Positions 1 through 7,691 of a stretch of 64,000 bases of DNA are shown piece by piece. The position numbers and the translations under genes were made by a program. The DNA comes from a phage, in assembly GCA_025284135.1 (NCBI GenBank), contig GCA_025284135.1_3646.1; one strand, given 5' to 3'. The notes beneath the pieces are model-generated. The model did no database searches, was not told the origin of the DNA, and worked only from the letters and a program-made list of their open reading frames with translations. Positions within the stretch are counted from its first letter, which is position 1, and each line of letters opens with the position of its first letter.

Positions 1-127
1 AACTAAAATAACTAAATAATAAAAAAAAATAAAAGATCTAGTACTTATGGTACTAAGTACATATACTTAACTTATGTAGAATATACTAGATCCTAAGTAC
101 CATGTTTTAAATTTATTACTTTCTATA

Positions 128-365
128 GGTAGTGTCGGCCCTTCATTGGCACTCGCCTACGAGGGGCGAGATGCCGGGCCTCCATAGTGCACACAATAAC
201 AGAAGTGCATACATGCAGGACTGTTAACATGTGTGGGAGCGAAGCGATAGCGCAGGCCAAAGGCCGAGCACTAATGTGGACCACCGACGAAAGCTTGCCA
301 GCGCCGGAAGGAGTCGGTTGAGAGCCTCCCGCGCGAGTTCGGATAAAGTTTATGTGTGGAAACTG
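128..365 (+). other. GC-rich noncoding element A (candidate structured RNA or cis element), homologous to 1640-1875
   Basis: Locally GC-rich with no convincing ORF; multiple hairpins (e.g. CTCGCC..GGCGAG); shares ordered motifs ATAGTGCAC, ACATG, GTTAACA, GAGCGAAGCG, AGGCC with element B. Confidence 0.35.
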
Positions 366-495
366 ACAAGAAGGTCCCTAAATCGCTCCACAGCTATATA
401 AACTATACCAAGTAAGGCAATCGCACCAGTTTGATAGAAAAGCTCGTTACAAAGCGATACAGTGAGTTTTTCTATAACTTGAAGAGGAGGCTGCT

Positions 496-1074
496 ATGAG
501 TTCACGCAAAGATGCCCGTGAAAAGATTGCAAAACGTTATCAGGATGAAGAACAGATGGAGAAAACTTTCAAGTGGAAGCCAGGTTTCCAGCGTAATCAT
601 TCTAACGCTCGTGATCGTAAGCATCCGGATAAGTGGTTAACACCGCCAAATGATGGCATGCAGGTTGGTGATGAGAAGGAGCTGTCACCTGGAAAAGATG
701 GCAACTACATTCGCACTAAGGAAGCAGGTCCAAAGGATGACAGCTATCTTGTAGATAAGGTTCTTGATGGTATTGATGTGGATGTTGACACTGCACGAAA
801 CCTTTTTCTTGGTTGGTATCGTACAGGGTTTTTCGACATCAAGGCTATTCGTCGTGTTTGCGATATTAAAAAGTCTGCCTATGATGATGACTCTCTACAT
901 CGCACTCTGAGACAATACTCAGAGAGATACGGTCATCCAGTCATCACTCTTGACGATATTAACGAAGTGATGTATCATGCAGAGGTTGTTGCAGGTAGAT
1001 TCGGTGATGCATATCTCGGTATTCTTTCTGCAAAAGATGAGGTAATGTTAAATAAAATTTACTATGAACGCTGA
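496..1074 (+). CDS. hypothetical protein (192 aa)
   Basis: ORF with strong RBS GAGGAGG about 7 nt upstream of ATG; no recognisable motif. Confidence 0.5.
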   Translation: MSSRKDAREKIAKRYQDEEQMEKTFKWKPGFQRNHSNARDRKHPDKWLTPPNDGMQVGDEKELSPGKDGNYIRTKEAGPKDDSYLVDKVLDGIDVDVDTARNLFLGWYRTGFFDIKAIRRVCDIKKSAYDDDSLHRTLRQYSERYGHPVITLDDINEVMYHAEVVAGRFGDAYLGILSAKDEVMLNKIYYER

Positions 1075-1084
1075 GGAGCGCTTA

Positions 1085-1273
1085 ATGAACAACCCGGTAG
1101 CAAAGAACTGTAATAAGTTCAACAAGTCTGCAATTCACACTGACAGGAAAAAGAGCTGGTCTCCTGACATTGACGAGGAGCTTGAGAGTTACTTTGAAGA
1201 CCTGGTCACTAATGCAGATGAGGTTGCGATTAAAGAATACGCAGACAGGAAGGATAAGGCCGGAATCTGTTGA
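1085..1273 (+). CDS. hypothetical small protein (start moved to ATG 1085)
   Basis: Track ORF 1064-1273; internal ATG at 1085 is preceded by GAGGAG. Confidence 0.35.
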   Translation: MNNPVAKNCNKFNKSAIHTDRKKSWSPDIDEELESYFEDLVTNADEVAIKEYADRKDKAGIC

Positions 1274-1298
1274 CAAAAATAGTGTTACCTGATAAGAT
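1270..1298 (+). promoter_or_regulatory. sigma70-like promoter TTGACA-N17-TAAGAT
   Basis: Consensus -35 and near-consensus -10 with 17-nt spacer upstream of ORF 1350. Confidence 0.45.
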
Positions 1299-1349
1299 CT
1301 GCAATACGATGTGATGCAATTTTAACTTACGAGGTCTACAGGTAATGCT

Positions 1350-1592
1350 ATGTTTAAGGTTAAGCTCGTTTTTCGTTCCATGAATGAGGATTATTTAGAA
1401 GATGAAGGTGAATTTCGTGCACTGGATGATGCAATAGATTTTGCCAACGACTTAGCTTGTATGAATACTGGTTATGGGTTATGCTGTTGGGATGGTGGTG
1501 TTCAGATCGGTGATAGCAAGATCTTCTACTTCTACCCTGAGCCTGATAACAAACAAATTAAGTATGTTTTATTTATTTGTGCTTTACAATGA
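1350..1592 (+). CDS. hypothetical small protein (80 aa)
   Basis: ORF downstream of promoter-like element; no known motif. Confidence 0.4.
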   Translation: MFKVKLVFRSMNEDYLEDEGEFRALDDAIDFANDLACMNTGYGLCCWDGGVQIGDSKIFYFYPEPDNKQIKYVLFICALQ

Positions 1593-1639
1593 GGTTGTTT
1601 TCGTGTATCATGATGAATATCCAATTTAAAGATGAATTT

Positions 1640-1875
1640 GATGGCTTTATCTCCGGATGCTTTGAAACAGGGTTCGGAGAAGGCTGAGTTCCCCTTAGAG
1701 GGCTTGATAGTGCACCACACTTAAAATGGTAGGGGGCAGCCAGCACATGACGATGTGACCCCAGCCAACCTGTAACAAGGTCGAGCCGAAGCGCGGGTAA
1801 TAGGCCTCTGGTAACCCACTTGTTGGGTCTTGCTGGTCCAGGACGCTGGACAAGTCGCAGGGAATATCTCCCTGC
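1640..1875 (+). other. GC-rich noncoding element B (candidate structured RNA or cis element), homologous to 128-365
   Basis: Same ordered motifs as element A (ATAGTGCACCACAC, ACATG, GTAACA, GAGCCGAAGCG, AGGCC); minus-strand ORFs here look compositional only. Confidence 0.35.
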
Positions 1876-1882
1876 GGCGAAC

Positions 1883-1911
1883 TTGACAATCAGTATTTGC
1901 TATGATAAAAT
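1883..1911 (+). promoter_or_regulatory. sigma70-like promoter TTGACA-N17-TAAAAT
   Basis: Consensus -35, 17-nt spacer, TAAAAT -10, about 30 nt upstream of ATG 1940. Confidence 0.5.
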
Positions 1912-1939
1912 CCACCTATCACGTGATAATGGAGGAAAC

Positions 1940-2278
1940 ATGGCGGATACAACTAAAAAGCGTCGCCGTAGAGGCAGACCTCTGAAAGAGGAGTCCAACG
2001 CCATTCAGCTAGAGAAGAACATCCTTGATATGAAGGAATCTTTTATAGCGATGGTTCCAGAAGCTCACAAAGTTTTAAGAGAGCTGATGTTGGACCCGAA
2101 AACCAAACAAAATATTCGTCAAAGCATTGCAGAGTATGTTCTTGATAAGGCAGACCGAATGCAGGAAGAATATGATGAGATGTTTGGTGAAGAGGAAGAG
2201 GTGGTAGTGGAAGAGGCTGAAAAACCAGCACCTTTTATGCCATTTACTACAGAAATACAGCCTGTTAGCAATAGCTAA
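1940..2278 (+). CDS. small AT-hook-like protein with basic N-terminus and acidic C-terminus (start moved to ATG 1940)
   Basis: Track ORF 1820-2278 runs through the promoter; ATG 1940 has RBS GGAGG; N-terminus KKRRRRGRPLKEE contains an RGRP AT-hook-like core; C-terminus EEEEVVVEEAE. Confidence 0.5.
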   Translation: MADTTKKRRRRGRPLKEESNAIQLEKNILDMKESFIAMVPEAHKVLRELMLDPKTKQNIRQSIAEYVLDKADRMQEEYDEMFGEEEEVVVEEAEKPAPFMPFTTEIQPVSNS

Positions 2279-2287
2279 AATATTTTC

Positions 2288-2316
2288 TTGACAAACTTTG
2301 CTTAACAGTGTAATAT
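2288..2316 (+). promoter_or_regulatory. sigma70-like promoter TTGACA-N17-TAATAT upstream of tRNA cluster
   Basis: Consensus -35 with 17-nt spacer and TAATAT -10 about 60 nt before the first tRNA. Confidence 0.5.
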
Positions 2317-2374
2317 TGTAAACATGGTCTCCCACCTTTTCTGGCGGCTCAGGTGTAAAAGAAAGCCACCCAGT

Positions 2375-2449
2375 GCCCTGTTAGCTTAGTGGATAAAGCA
2401 GCGGCCTTCTAAGCCGTTGACACTGGTTCGAGTCCAGTACGGGGTGCCA
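2375..2449 (+). tRNA. tRNA-Arg (anticodon TCT)
   Basis: Hand-folded cloverleaf: acceptor GCCCTGT/ACGGGGT (2 GU pairs), anticodon stem GCGGC/GCCGT with loop CTTCTAA, T-arm ACTGG-TTCGAGT-CCAGT, encoded CCA. Confidence 0.6.
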
Positions 2450-2579
2450 AGTTCTTTTTAATGTAGCTTACTTTAGCAGAGTAAATCTTCGGCAAGTGGC
2501 GGTAACCACTTTACCGATACCTCATAGTTAGTGGTGAGAACACTAGCTATTTTAAAAAGAATTTAAATATTAGTATTTA

Positions 2580-2667
2580 GGTGAGTTAATTCCGTAGGGG
2601 TAGCGGGGCAGACTGTAAATCTGTTATCATTGCGATTCGGGTGGTTCGACTCCATCACTCACCACCA
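2580..2667 (+). tRNA. tRNA-Tyr (anticodon GTA), long variable arm
   Basis: Acceptor GGTGAGT/ACTCACC, anticodon loop CTGTAAA, T-loop TTCGACT, encoded CCA. Confidence 0.6.
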
Positions 2668-2781
2668 AATTTATATTTTTAGATGCATAAATCATACAGA
2701 TAATGGCATTGATATTTATCGTCGTTTATACTAGTCACTAACTGCTCGAAAATCAGTGTCATTATCAGTATTGTTTATAAA

Positions 2782-2872
2782 AGAGGGTAGGGAGCAATGG
2801 TGCTCAAGCGGTCTTGAAAACCGTCCCGTTGAGGATGACTCGATGATGGTTCGATTCCATTACCCTCTGCCA
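2782..2872 (+). tRNA. tRNA-Ser (anticodon TGA), long variable arm
   Basis: Acceptor AGAGGGT/ACCCTCT, anticodon loop CTTGAAA, T-arm GATGG-TTCGATT-CCATT, encoded CCA. Confidence 0.6.
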
Positions 2873-2970
2873 TATTGTTGACCTTGTAATTAAGCGAAAG
2901 CCGGAAGCAGAACCGGATTATCAAATGTTACAGTCGTCATCGCCGACTAGCAACATGGTCAACATGCTGA

Positions 2971-3067
2971 GCTAGGTAAGCCCTTTGGCAAGGGCGAGGA
3001 TTTTTAATCCTGAAAATAGACGAGGTAGTCGTTGAATACATAGATGGTTCGATTCCATCACCTAGCA
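2971..3067 (+). tRNA. atypical tRNA-like gene (about 97 nt; anticodon-loop candidate TTTTTAA = UUU/Lys; about 30-nt variable region)
   Basis: Perfect acceptor pairing GCTAGGT/ACCTAGC, D-arm GCCC-TTTGGCAA-GGGC, T-arm GATGG-TTCGATT-CCATC, but only a 4-bp anticodon stem and an extra hairpin ACGA-GGTAG-TCGT; no encoded CCA. Confidence 0.35.
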
Positions 3068-3074
3068 CCTTTTT

Positions 3075-3150
3075 GCTGATGTAGCACAATTGGTAGTGCA
3101 ATTGATTTGTAATCAATAGGTTGCAGGTTCAAGTCCTGCCATCAGCACCA
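3075..3150 (+). tRNA. tRNA-Thr (anticodon TGT)
   Basis: Acceptor GCTGATG/CATCAGC, D-stem GCAC/GTGC, anticodon stem ATTGA/TCAAT with loop TTTGTAA, T-arm GCAGG-TTCAAGT-CCTGC, encoded CCA. Confidence 0.7.
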
Positions 3151-3151
3151 A

Positions 3152-3226
3152 GGCCCTGTAGCTGGAAGGTTCAAGCAAGCGACTCATAATCGCCAGACGG
3201 TGGTTCAATTCCACCCAGGGCCACCA
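3152..3226 (+). tRNA. tRNA-Met or Ile2 (anticodon CAT)
   Basis: Acceptor GGCCCTG/CAGGGCC, anticodon loop CTCATAA, T-arm GGTGG-TTCAATT-CCACC, encoded CCA. Confidence 0.65.
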
Positions 3227-3237
3227 AATAGTAGATA

Positions 3238-3314
3238 CTCCGCGTAGCTCAGCTTGGTAGAGCGCCTGATTTGGGATCAGGAGGTCGAGTGTTCGAATCA
3301 CTCCGTGGAGACCA
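3238..3314 (+). tRNA. tRNA-Pro (anticodon TGG)
   Basis: Acceptor CTCCGCG/CGTGGAG (1 GU), D-arm TAGCTCAGCTTGGTAGAGCG, anticodon stem CCTGA/TCAGG with loop TTTGGGA, T-loop TTCGAAT, encoded CCA. Confidence 0.65.
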
Positions 3315-3360
3315 CTTTCAGTTATACTTTAAACATATATAAACAAAAGGAACCTTTAAA

Positions 3361-3630
3361 ATGTATACACTTAAAATTGTAGAGCGTGTGAATCCAACCC
3401 ATACCGTAGATTTTCGTGACGATTTCAATCCTCTGGCTGTAAATCTTCGAGAGTCATATCATGAACTCAGCTGCGATGCAGTGGTGGTCTTTTTTGAAGA
3501 CAACTCTGAAGGGGCGGTAGCTTGTGTTGTTGATAGTGAGCAGAAGTTTTATATTTACAGAGATGTAGATGCATACTTGATGAATGAAAATGCAGTTACT
3601 GTTAGAATCATCCACCGAGTGCCTCGATAA
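3361..3630 (+). CDS. hypothetical protein (89 aa)
   Basis: ORF with AAGGA RBS; followed by a terminator-like hairpin. Confidence 0.45.
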   Translation: MYTLKIVERVNPTHTVDFRDDFNPLAVNLRESYHELSCDAVVVFFEDNSEGAVACVVDSEQKFYIYRDVDAYLMNENAVTVRIIHRVPR

Positions 3631-3686
3631 GTATTAGTCTCCTTTTAGTTAGTTTCGATCTATTTAGGTTACTCAATTTTAACCCG

Positions 3687-3717
3687 CCCCGTTAGCTGTA
3701 TAGCTGCGGGGTTTTTT
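3687..3717 (+). terminator. rho-independent terminator-like hairpin
   Basis: CCCCG..CGGGG stem followed by TTTTTT. Confidence 0.45.
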
Positions 3718-3735
3718 CGTTTCTGGAGCCTTAAA

Positions 3736-4134
3736 ATGATTTCAGGTTTAACATGGCTTAGTAGGTATAGAGGGATCATAAAAGGTTTAGTTTTTGCAGC
3801 GGCTATAGGTACAGCTTATCTTGGGGCCGTGTATTGGTTTAACTCTAAGCTCAATGATGCTTATCAGGAAGGTGTGTCAGCAACAGAGTTAAAGTGGGAA
3901 CGGATCCTTGACCAACAACAAAAGCAGGCCGACAAAATTAAAATGGGCCACGCAGAGGAGGTTAAAAACCTTGAAAAATCCCTTTCTGATCTACAGGATA
4001 AATTAAATATAGCTGAGAGGGCAGGTAGAGAAAAGCAGATTATCTACCTCCAATCACCTGAAGGTAAGAAGTCAACACTTCCTGATCAGCTTATAGATAT
4101 TTATAATGAGAGTATCAATCAGGAGGATCGATGA
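3736..4134 (+). CDS. i-spanin-like protein (N-terminal TM helix plus periplasmic coiled coil)
   Basis: N-terminal hydrophobic segment GLVFAAAIGTAYLGAVYWF then a charged helical region; start of next gene overlaps its stop. Confidence 0.5.
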   Translation: MISGLTWLSRYRGIIKGLVFAAAIGTAYLGAVYWFNSKLNDAYQEGVSATELKWERILDQQQKQADKIKMGHAEEVKNLEKSLSDLQDKLNIAERAGREKQIIYLQSPEGKKSTLPDQLIDIYNESINQEDR

Positions 4135-4418
4135 GAGTTGCCACACTGTTTATTGCGTGCTTGTTATTATGTGGGTGTGCAACCAGCGTTGAGAGAGAAT
4201 ACAAGATTGACCCTCCGGATGTAGGAAGGTTGATTGTTAAACCCCCAGAAGGTGCCATGAAACCACCTGCTAAAGCTATGCCTTTGAAGAAAGGTGCGCC
4301 AGATGCAGTGAATTCTGGCATTATGAGGGATAATAATCTGTCTTGTAGCAATGATAGAGCTAAATTGATCATTTTGCAAGACTATATTAGAACACTGTTT
4401 CCAAAGGAGAGAGGTTAA
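4131..4418 (+). CDS. o-spanin-like lipoprotein (proline-rich)
   Basis: Signal-like N-terminus MRVATLFIACLLLCGCA with Cys at lipobox-like position; Pro-rich mature region (KPPEGAMKPPAKAMP); overlaps upstream gene by 4 nt. Confidence 0.5.
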   Translation: MRVATLFIACLLLCGCATSVEREYKIDPPDVGRLIVKPPEGAMKPPAKAMPLKKGAPDAVNSGIMRDNNLSCSNDRAKLIILQDYIRTLFPKERG

Positions 4419-5965
4419 TGTCTAAGATTTACGGACCGTGTTCTGAAAAGCAGAAGATGATCCTCGAAAACGATGCAGATATCTTGGTAATCGGCGGTGC
4501 CGCAGGGTCTGGCAAGTCGTTCCTCTTGCAGTTGATGCCACTTAAAATTATTGATGACCCCCACAGCTCTGTGGTTATGTTCCGAAGAACAACCCCACAG
4601 TTAGAAGGTGAGGGTGGACTATGGCCTAAAGCAGTAGCTATTTATAGTGATCTGCCTGAAAACATTAAGCCAAAGTTCAGAGAGAAGGATCATAAGTTCA
4701 TTTTTCCACGGTTTGATCCGAACACTGGTAAGTGGGATAGAAGCAAAAAGGGAGCTGTTGTAAAATACTGCCATATGGAGTATGTACAAGATAAGCTTAA
4801 CCATCAGGGGCTTGAGTACACCATGGTTTGCTTCGATGAGGGCACGCAGTTCGAATGGGAGCAGATAGACTACCTGATGTCTCGTCTGCGATCTCAGTCA
4901 AAGTATCCATCAAGAATGGTTATCAGCTGTAACCCCGATTCAGAACACATGCTTGCCAAACTGGTTAGATGGTGGTTGGACGATGAAGGGTATCCAGATC
5001 CGGAGAAATGCGGTAAGAAAAGATATTTTATCCGACGCGACGGTGAATTTATCTGGGGGGACTCTAAAGAAGAGTTGATAGAGAAATACACCACGGTTAA
5101 CGGACTTGGTGTGGAGATCAAGCCAAGACCGTTGTCATTCTCGTTTATAGGCGCAACAATATTCGATAATCCTGTTTGCTTAAGAGACAACCCAGAATAC
5201 CTTGCTTTCCTTGAAGGTCTGCCGGAACTGGAAAAAGCTCAGCTTCTTCATGGTAACTGGTTTGCAAAGCCTGAGGGCGCAAACTATTTTCAAAGATCTT
5301 TCCTTCGTGATGCCGATAGAGTACCCCTTGGATCAGTATCTTGCAGGGCATGGGATAAGGCAGGAACCGAGAGAACTTCCGGTAATAAATTTCCTGACTT
5401 TACCGCCAGTGTTAAGGTAAGTAAAGATAGCGACGGCTTTTATTACCTGTCCGGTGATTATTGTCCTGAGAACGTGGATGACGGGAGGTATTCCACAGGC
5501 CTGGAAGGCAAGTTCTGTAAAAAGGCTGGTGAACGAGATGTGATCATCAGGAAACAGGCGCAGTTTGATGGTGATGATTGTATAATCGTATTCTCTGTGG
5601 ACCCCGGTCAGGCAGGTAAGAGTGAGTTCTTAACCTCATCCAGATCCTTGCTCGCAGAAGGGTTCAGGGTTGAAGAAGACCCAATGCCTTCCAACAAGTC
5701 TAAACTGACAAGGTTCTCACCTTTTGCCAATCTTGCCCAACAAGGGATGGTGAGGATTGTAAAATCCAGTTTCCATCCTGATACTCTGGAAGCATTTCTG
5801 ACCGAACTTGAAAAATTCAACGGGGAAAGATCAACATTTAACAGAAAAGACGACTGGGCCGACTGTGTAGCTTCTGCGATTAATTTCCTGGAGAAAGAGG
5901 AGGTAGCACTTCCTTGTGTGATTCCATCAATCTCCTCACCTTCTATGTTCAAGCGTTTTATCTAA
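4418..5965 (+). CDS. terL: terminase large subunit
   Basis: Walker A GGAAGSGKS, Walker B-like MVCFDEGTQ, C-terminal nuclease-like region with acidic residues (VFSVDPGQAGKSEF); sits immediately before the portal gene. Confidence 0.85.
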   Translation: MSKIYGPCSEKQKMILENDADILVIGGAAGSGKSFLLQLMPLKIIDDPHSSVVMFRRTTPQLEGEGGLWPKAVAIYSDLPENIKPKFREKDHKFIFPRFDPNTGKWDRSKKGAVVKYCHMEYVQDKLNHQGLEYTMVCFDEGTQFEWEQIDYLMSRLRSQSKYPSRMVISCNPDSEHMLAKLVRWWLDDEGYPDPEKCGKKRYFIRRDGEFIWGDSKEELIEKYTTVNGLGVEIKPRPLSFSFIGATIFDNPVCLRDNPEYLAFLEGLPELEKAQLLHGNWFAKPEGANYFQRSFLRDADRVPLGSVSCRAWDKAGTERTSGNKFPDFTASVKVSKDSDGFYYLSGDYCPENVDDGRYSTGLEGKFCKKAGERDVIIRKQAQFDGDDCIIVFSVDPGQAGKSEFLTSSRSLLAEGFRVEEDPMPSNKSKLTRFSPFANLAQQGMVRIVKSSFHPDTLEAFLTELEKFNGERSTFNRKDDWADCVASAINFLEKEEVALPCVIPSISSPSMFKRFI

Positions 5966-6014
5966 GTGTTGCCAATCTTAATTAGATGTGGTAGAATAGA
6001 GTAATCGGAGATAC

Positions 6015-6045
6015 TAGCCCTCTAACACGAGGGCTATTTTGTTAT
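6015..6045 (+). terminator. terminator-like hairpin
   Basis: AGCCCTC-N6-GAGGGCT followed by ATTTTGTT. Confidence 0.4.
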
Positions 6046-6067
6046 ACTGTTTTGAGGGGTAAAGCTT

Positions 6068-7624
6068 GTGTCCAAAAAGAACCGCAGGAAACACAACGCC
6101 ACAGCCAAAACTGTGAATAAATCTGGGAACGCAGGCGCACCAACTCATAATGTTCGTATGAGTGAGATCGGTTCTGGCGCACTTTCCCAAATTATGGCAG
6201 AATCGCAATCTATGATGGTTGAGGAATTGCGTTGGCCTCAGCTGATTGCCACAGTGGAGACTATGAAATGTGATTCCACAGTTGCTACTGCCTTAGATAC
6301 AAAATATGTTTTCATCACGAAAGCATTCAATGATTTTAAGATCCTTTATAATGTTAAAAGTGAAGACTCTAAGAAAGCTGCCGAGCTTATAGAGTATTCT
6401 TTGCGTAATTTGGCAAACCAACAAACTCTTCGAGATATTGCAAGAAGCGCAGCTACCTTTAACGAGTATGGTTTTTCACTGTTTGAGAAAGTATACCGCA
6501 GAGAGAAAGAAGGTAAATATGCCGGGATGCTTCTTATTGATAAAATTGCATTCCGACCTCAGGCCAGTCTGTCCAGATCAGAGCCGTTTGTCTTTGACAA
6601 GAATAGCAGAACACTGACAGGTATTTATCAGTCACCTAATGCATTTCTAAACACTCAGAATGCACGCTGGGCTGGACCTCTTGCTGCAATGCCTTCAAAA
6701 GGCTTTAATGAGCCTGAAATTTTCATCCCTGCTAAAAAGCTTATGCTCATGACCCTGTCAGGAACAGAATCTAACCCTGCAGGTGTGTCACCTATGATAG
6801 GTTGCTACAGATCTTTCCGTGAGAAAGTTCTGATTGAAAACCTTGAGGTTGTTGGCTGTTCCAAAGACCTTGGTGGTGTGCTTGAGCTGAAAATTCCTTC
6901 CAATATTTTGAACAAGGCCAGCATTGACCCTAATTCAATGGAAGGGAGAATGGTTGCAGACCTTATGCTTGACGCAGCAAACGCCCATAGTGGTGAGCAA
7001 AGTTTCTTTATACTTCCGTCTGATAGAGATAAGTCTGGTAAAGAGCTTTACTCCATGACCCTGAAGGGGGTTGACGGTATGGGTAAGCAGTATTCCACTA
7101 AAGATTTGATTGATGCCCGTAAGAAGGCGATTCTTGACCGTTTCGGTGCTGGCTTTATTAACCTCGGTAACGATAACGTTGGATCCTTCTCTCTGTCTGA
7201 GTCAAAACAGTCTATCCATGGTCATTTTGTTCAGCGTGATATAGATATTATCACTGAAGCCTTCAATAAAGATCTTATTCCACAGCTTCTGGCATTGAAT
7301 GGTATCATCCTTGAAGATGATGATATGCCTAAACTGAAACCTGGTCTGATTGAAGAAGTGGATATGGAGAGCTTCTCCAAGTTTGTCCAGAGGATCGGTG
7401 CTGTAGGTTACTTGCCAAAAACTCCTGCAGTAATTAATAAGATTCTTGAAGTAGGTGGGTTTGATGAAAGATTTGACGAGGACATGGATCAGGAAGAGCT
7501 GATGAAGCTCTTGGGCCAGGACATCAGTAGGGCTGGTGATGGAATGGCTGCAGGATCCACTGGTAACGGCACTTCTAAGATGTCATCAACCAGAGATAAT
7601 TCCATATCCAACATGGAAAATTAA
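6068..7624 (+). CDS. portal protein (518 aa)
   Basis: Large ORF directly after terminase; size and position typical of a portal; GTG start with GAGGGG RBS. Confidence 0.65.
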   Translation: MSKKNRRKHNATAKTVNKSGNAGAPTHNVRMSEIGSGALSQIMAESQSMMVEELRWPQLIATVETMKCDSTVATALDTKYVFITKAFNDFKILYNVKSEDSKKAAELIEYSLRNLANQQTLRDIARSAATFNEYGFSLFEKVYRREKEGKYAGMLLIDKIAFRPQASLSRSEPFVFDKNSRTLTGIYQSPNAFLNTQNARWAGPLAAMPSKGFNEPEIFIPAKKLMLMTLSGTESNPAGVSPMIGCYRSFREKVLIENLEVVGCSKDLGGVLELKIPSNILNKASIDPNSMEGRMVADLMLDAANAHSGEQSFFILPSDRDKSGKELYSMTLKGVDGMGKQYSTKDLIDARKKAILDRFGAGFINLGNDNVGSFSLSESKQSIHGHFVQRDIDIITEAFNKDLIPQLLALNGIILEDDDMPKLKPGLIEEVDMESFSKFVQRIGAVGYLPKTPAVINKILEVGGFDERFDEDMDQEELMKLLGQDISRAGDGMAAGSTGNGTSKMSSTRDNSISNMEN

Positions 7625-7691
7625 AAATTATCAACACAGGGGGTTGCAAAACCTCCTTTGGCGTGATAAAATAATCCACATGGGGAATAAT

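Noticed and set aside
1695-1915. Two overlapping 64-aa minus-strand ORFs
   Set aside because: They fall inside GC-rich element B, where open frames arise from composition alone; no RBS and no protein-like sequence pattern.
2450-2580. Possible additional tRNA between tRNA-Arg and tRNA-Tyr
   Set aside because: Only short hairpins (TTACT...AGTAA); no acceptor/T-arm combination could be folded.
3113-3301. Minus-strand 62-aa ORF in the track
   Set aside because: It lies entirely across the hand-folded tRNA-Thr, tRNA-Met and tRNA-Pro genes; product is low-complexity; judged an artefact.
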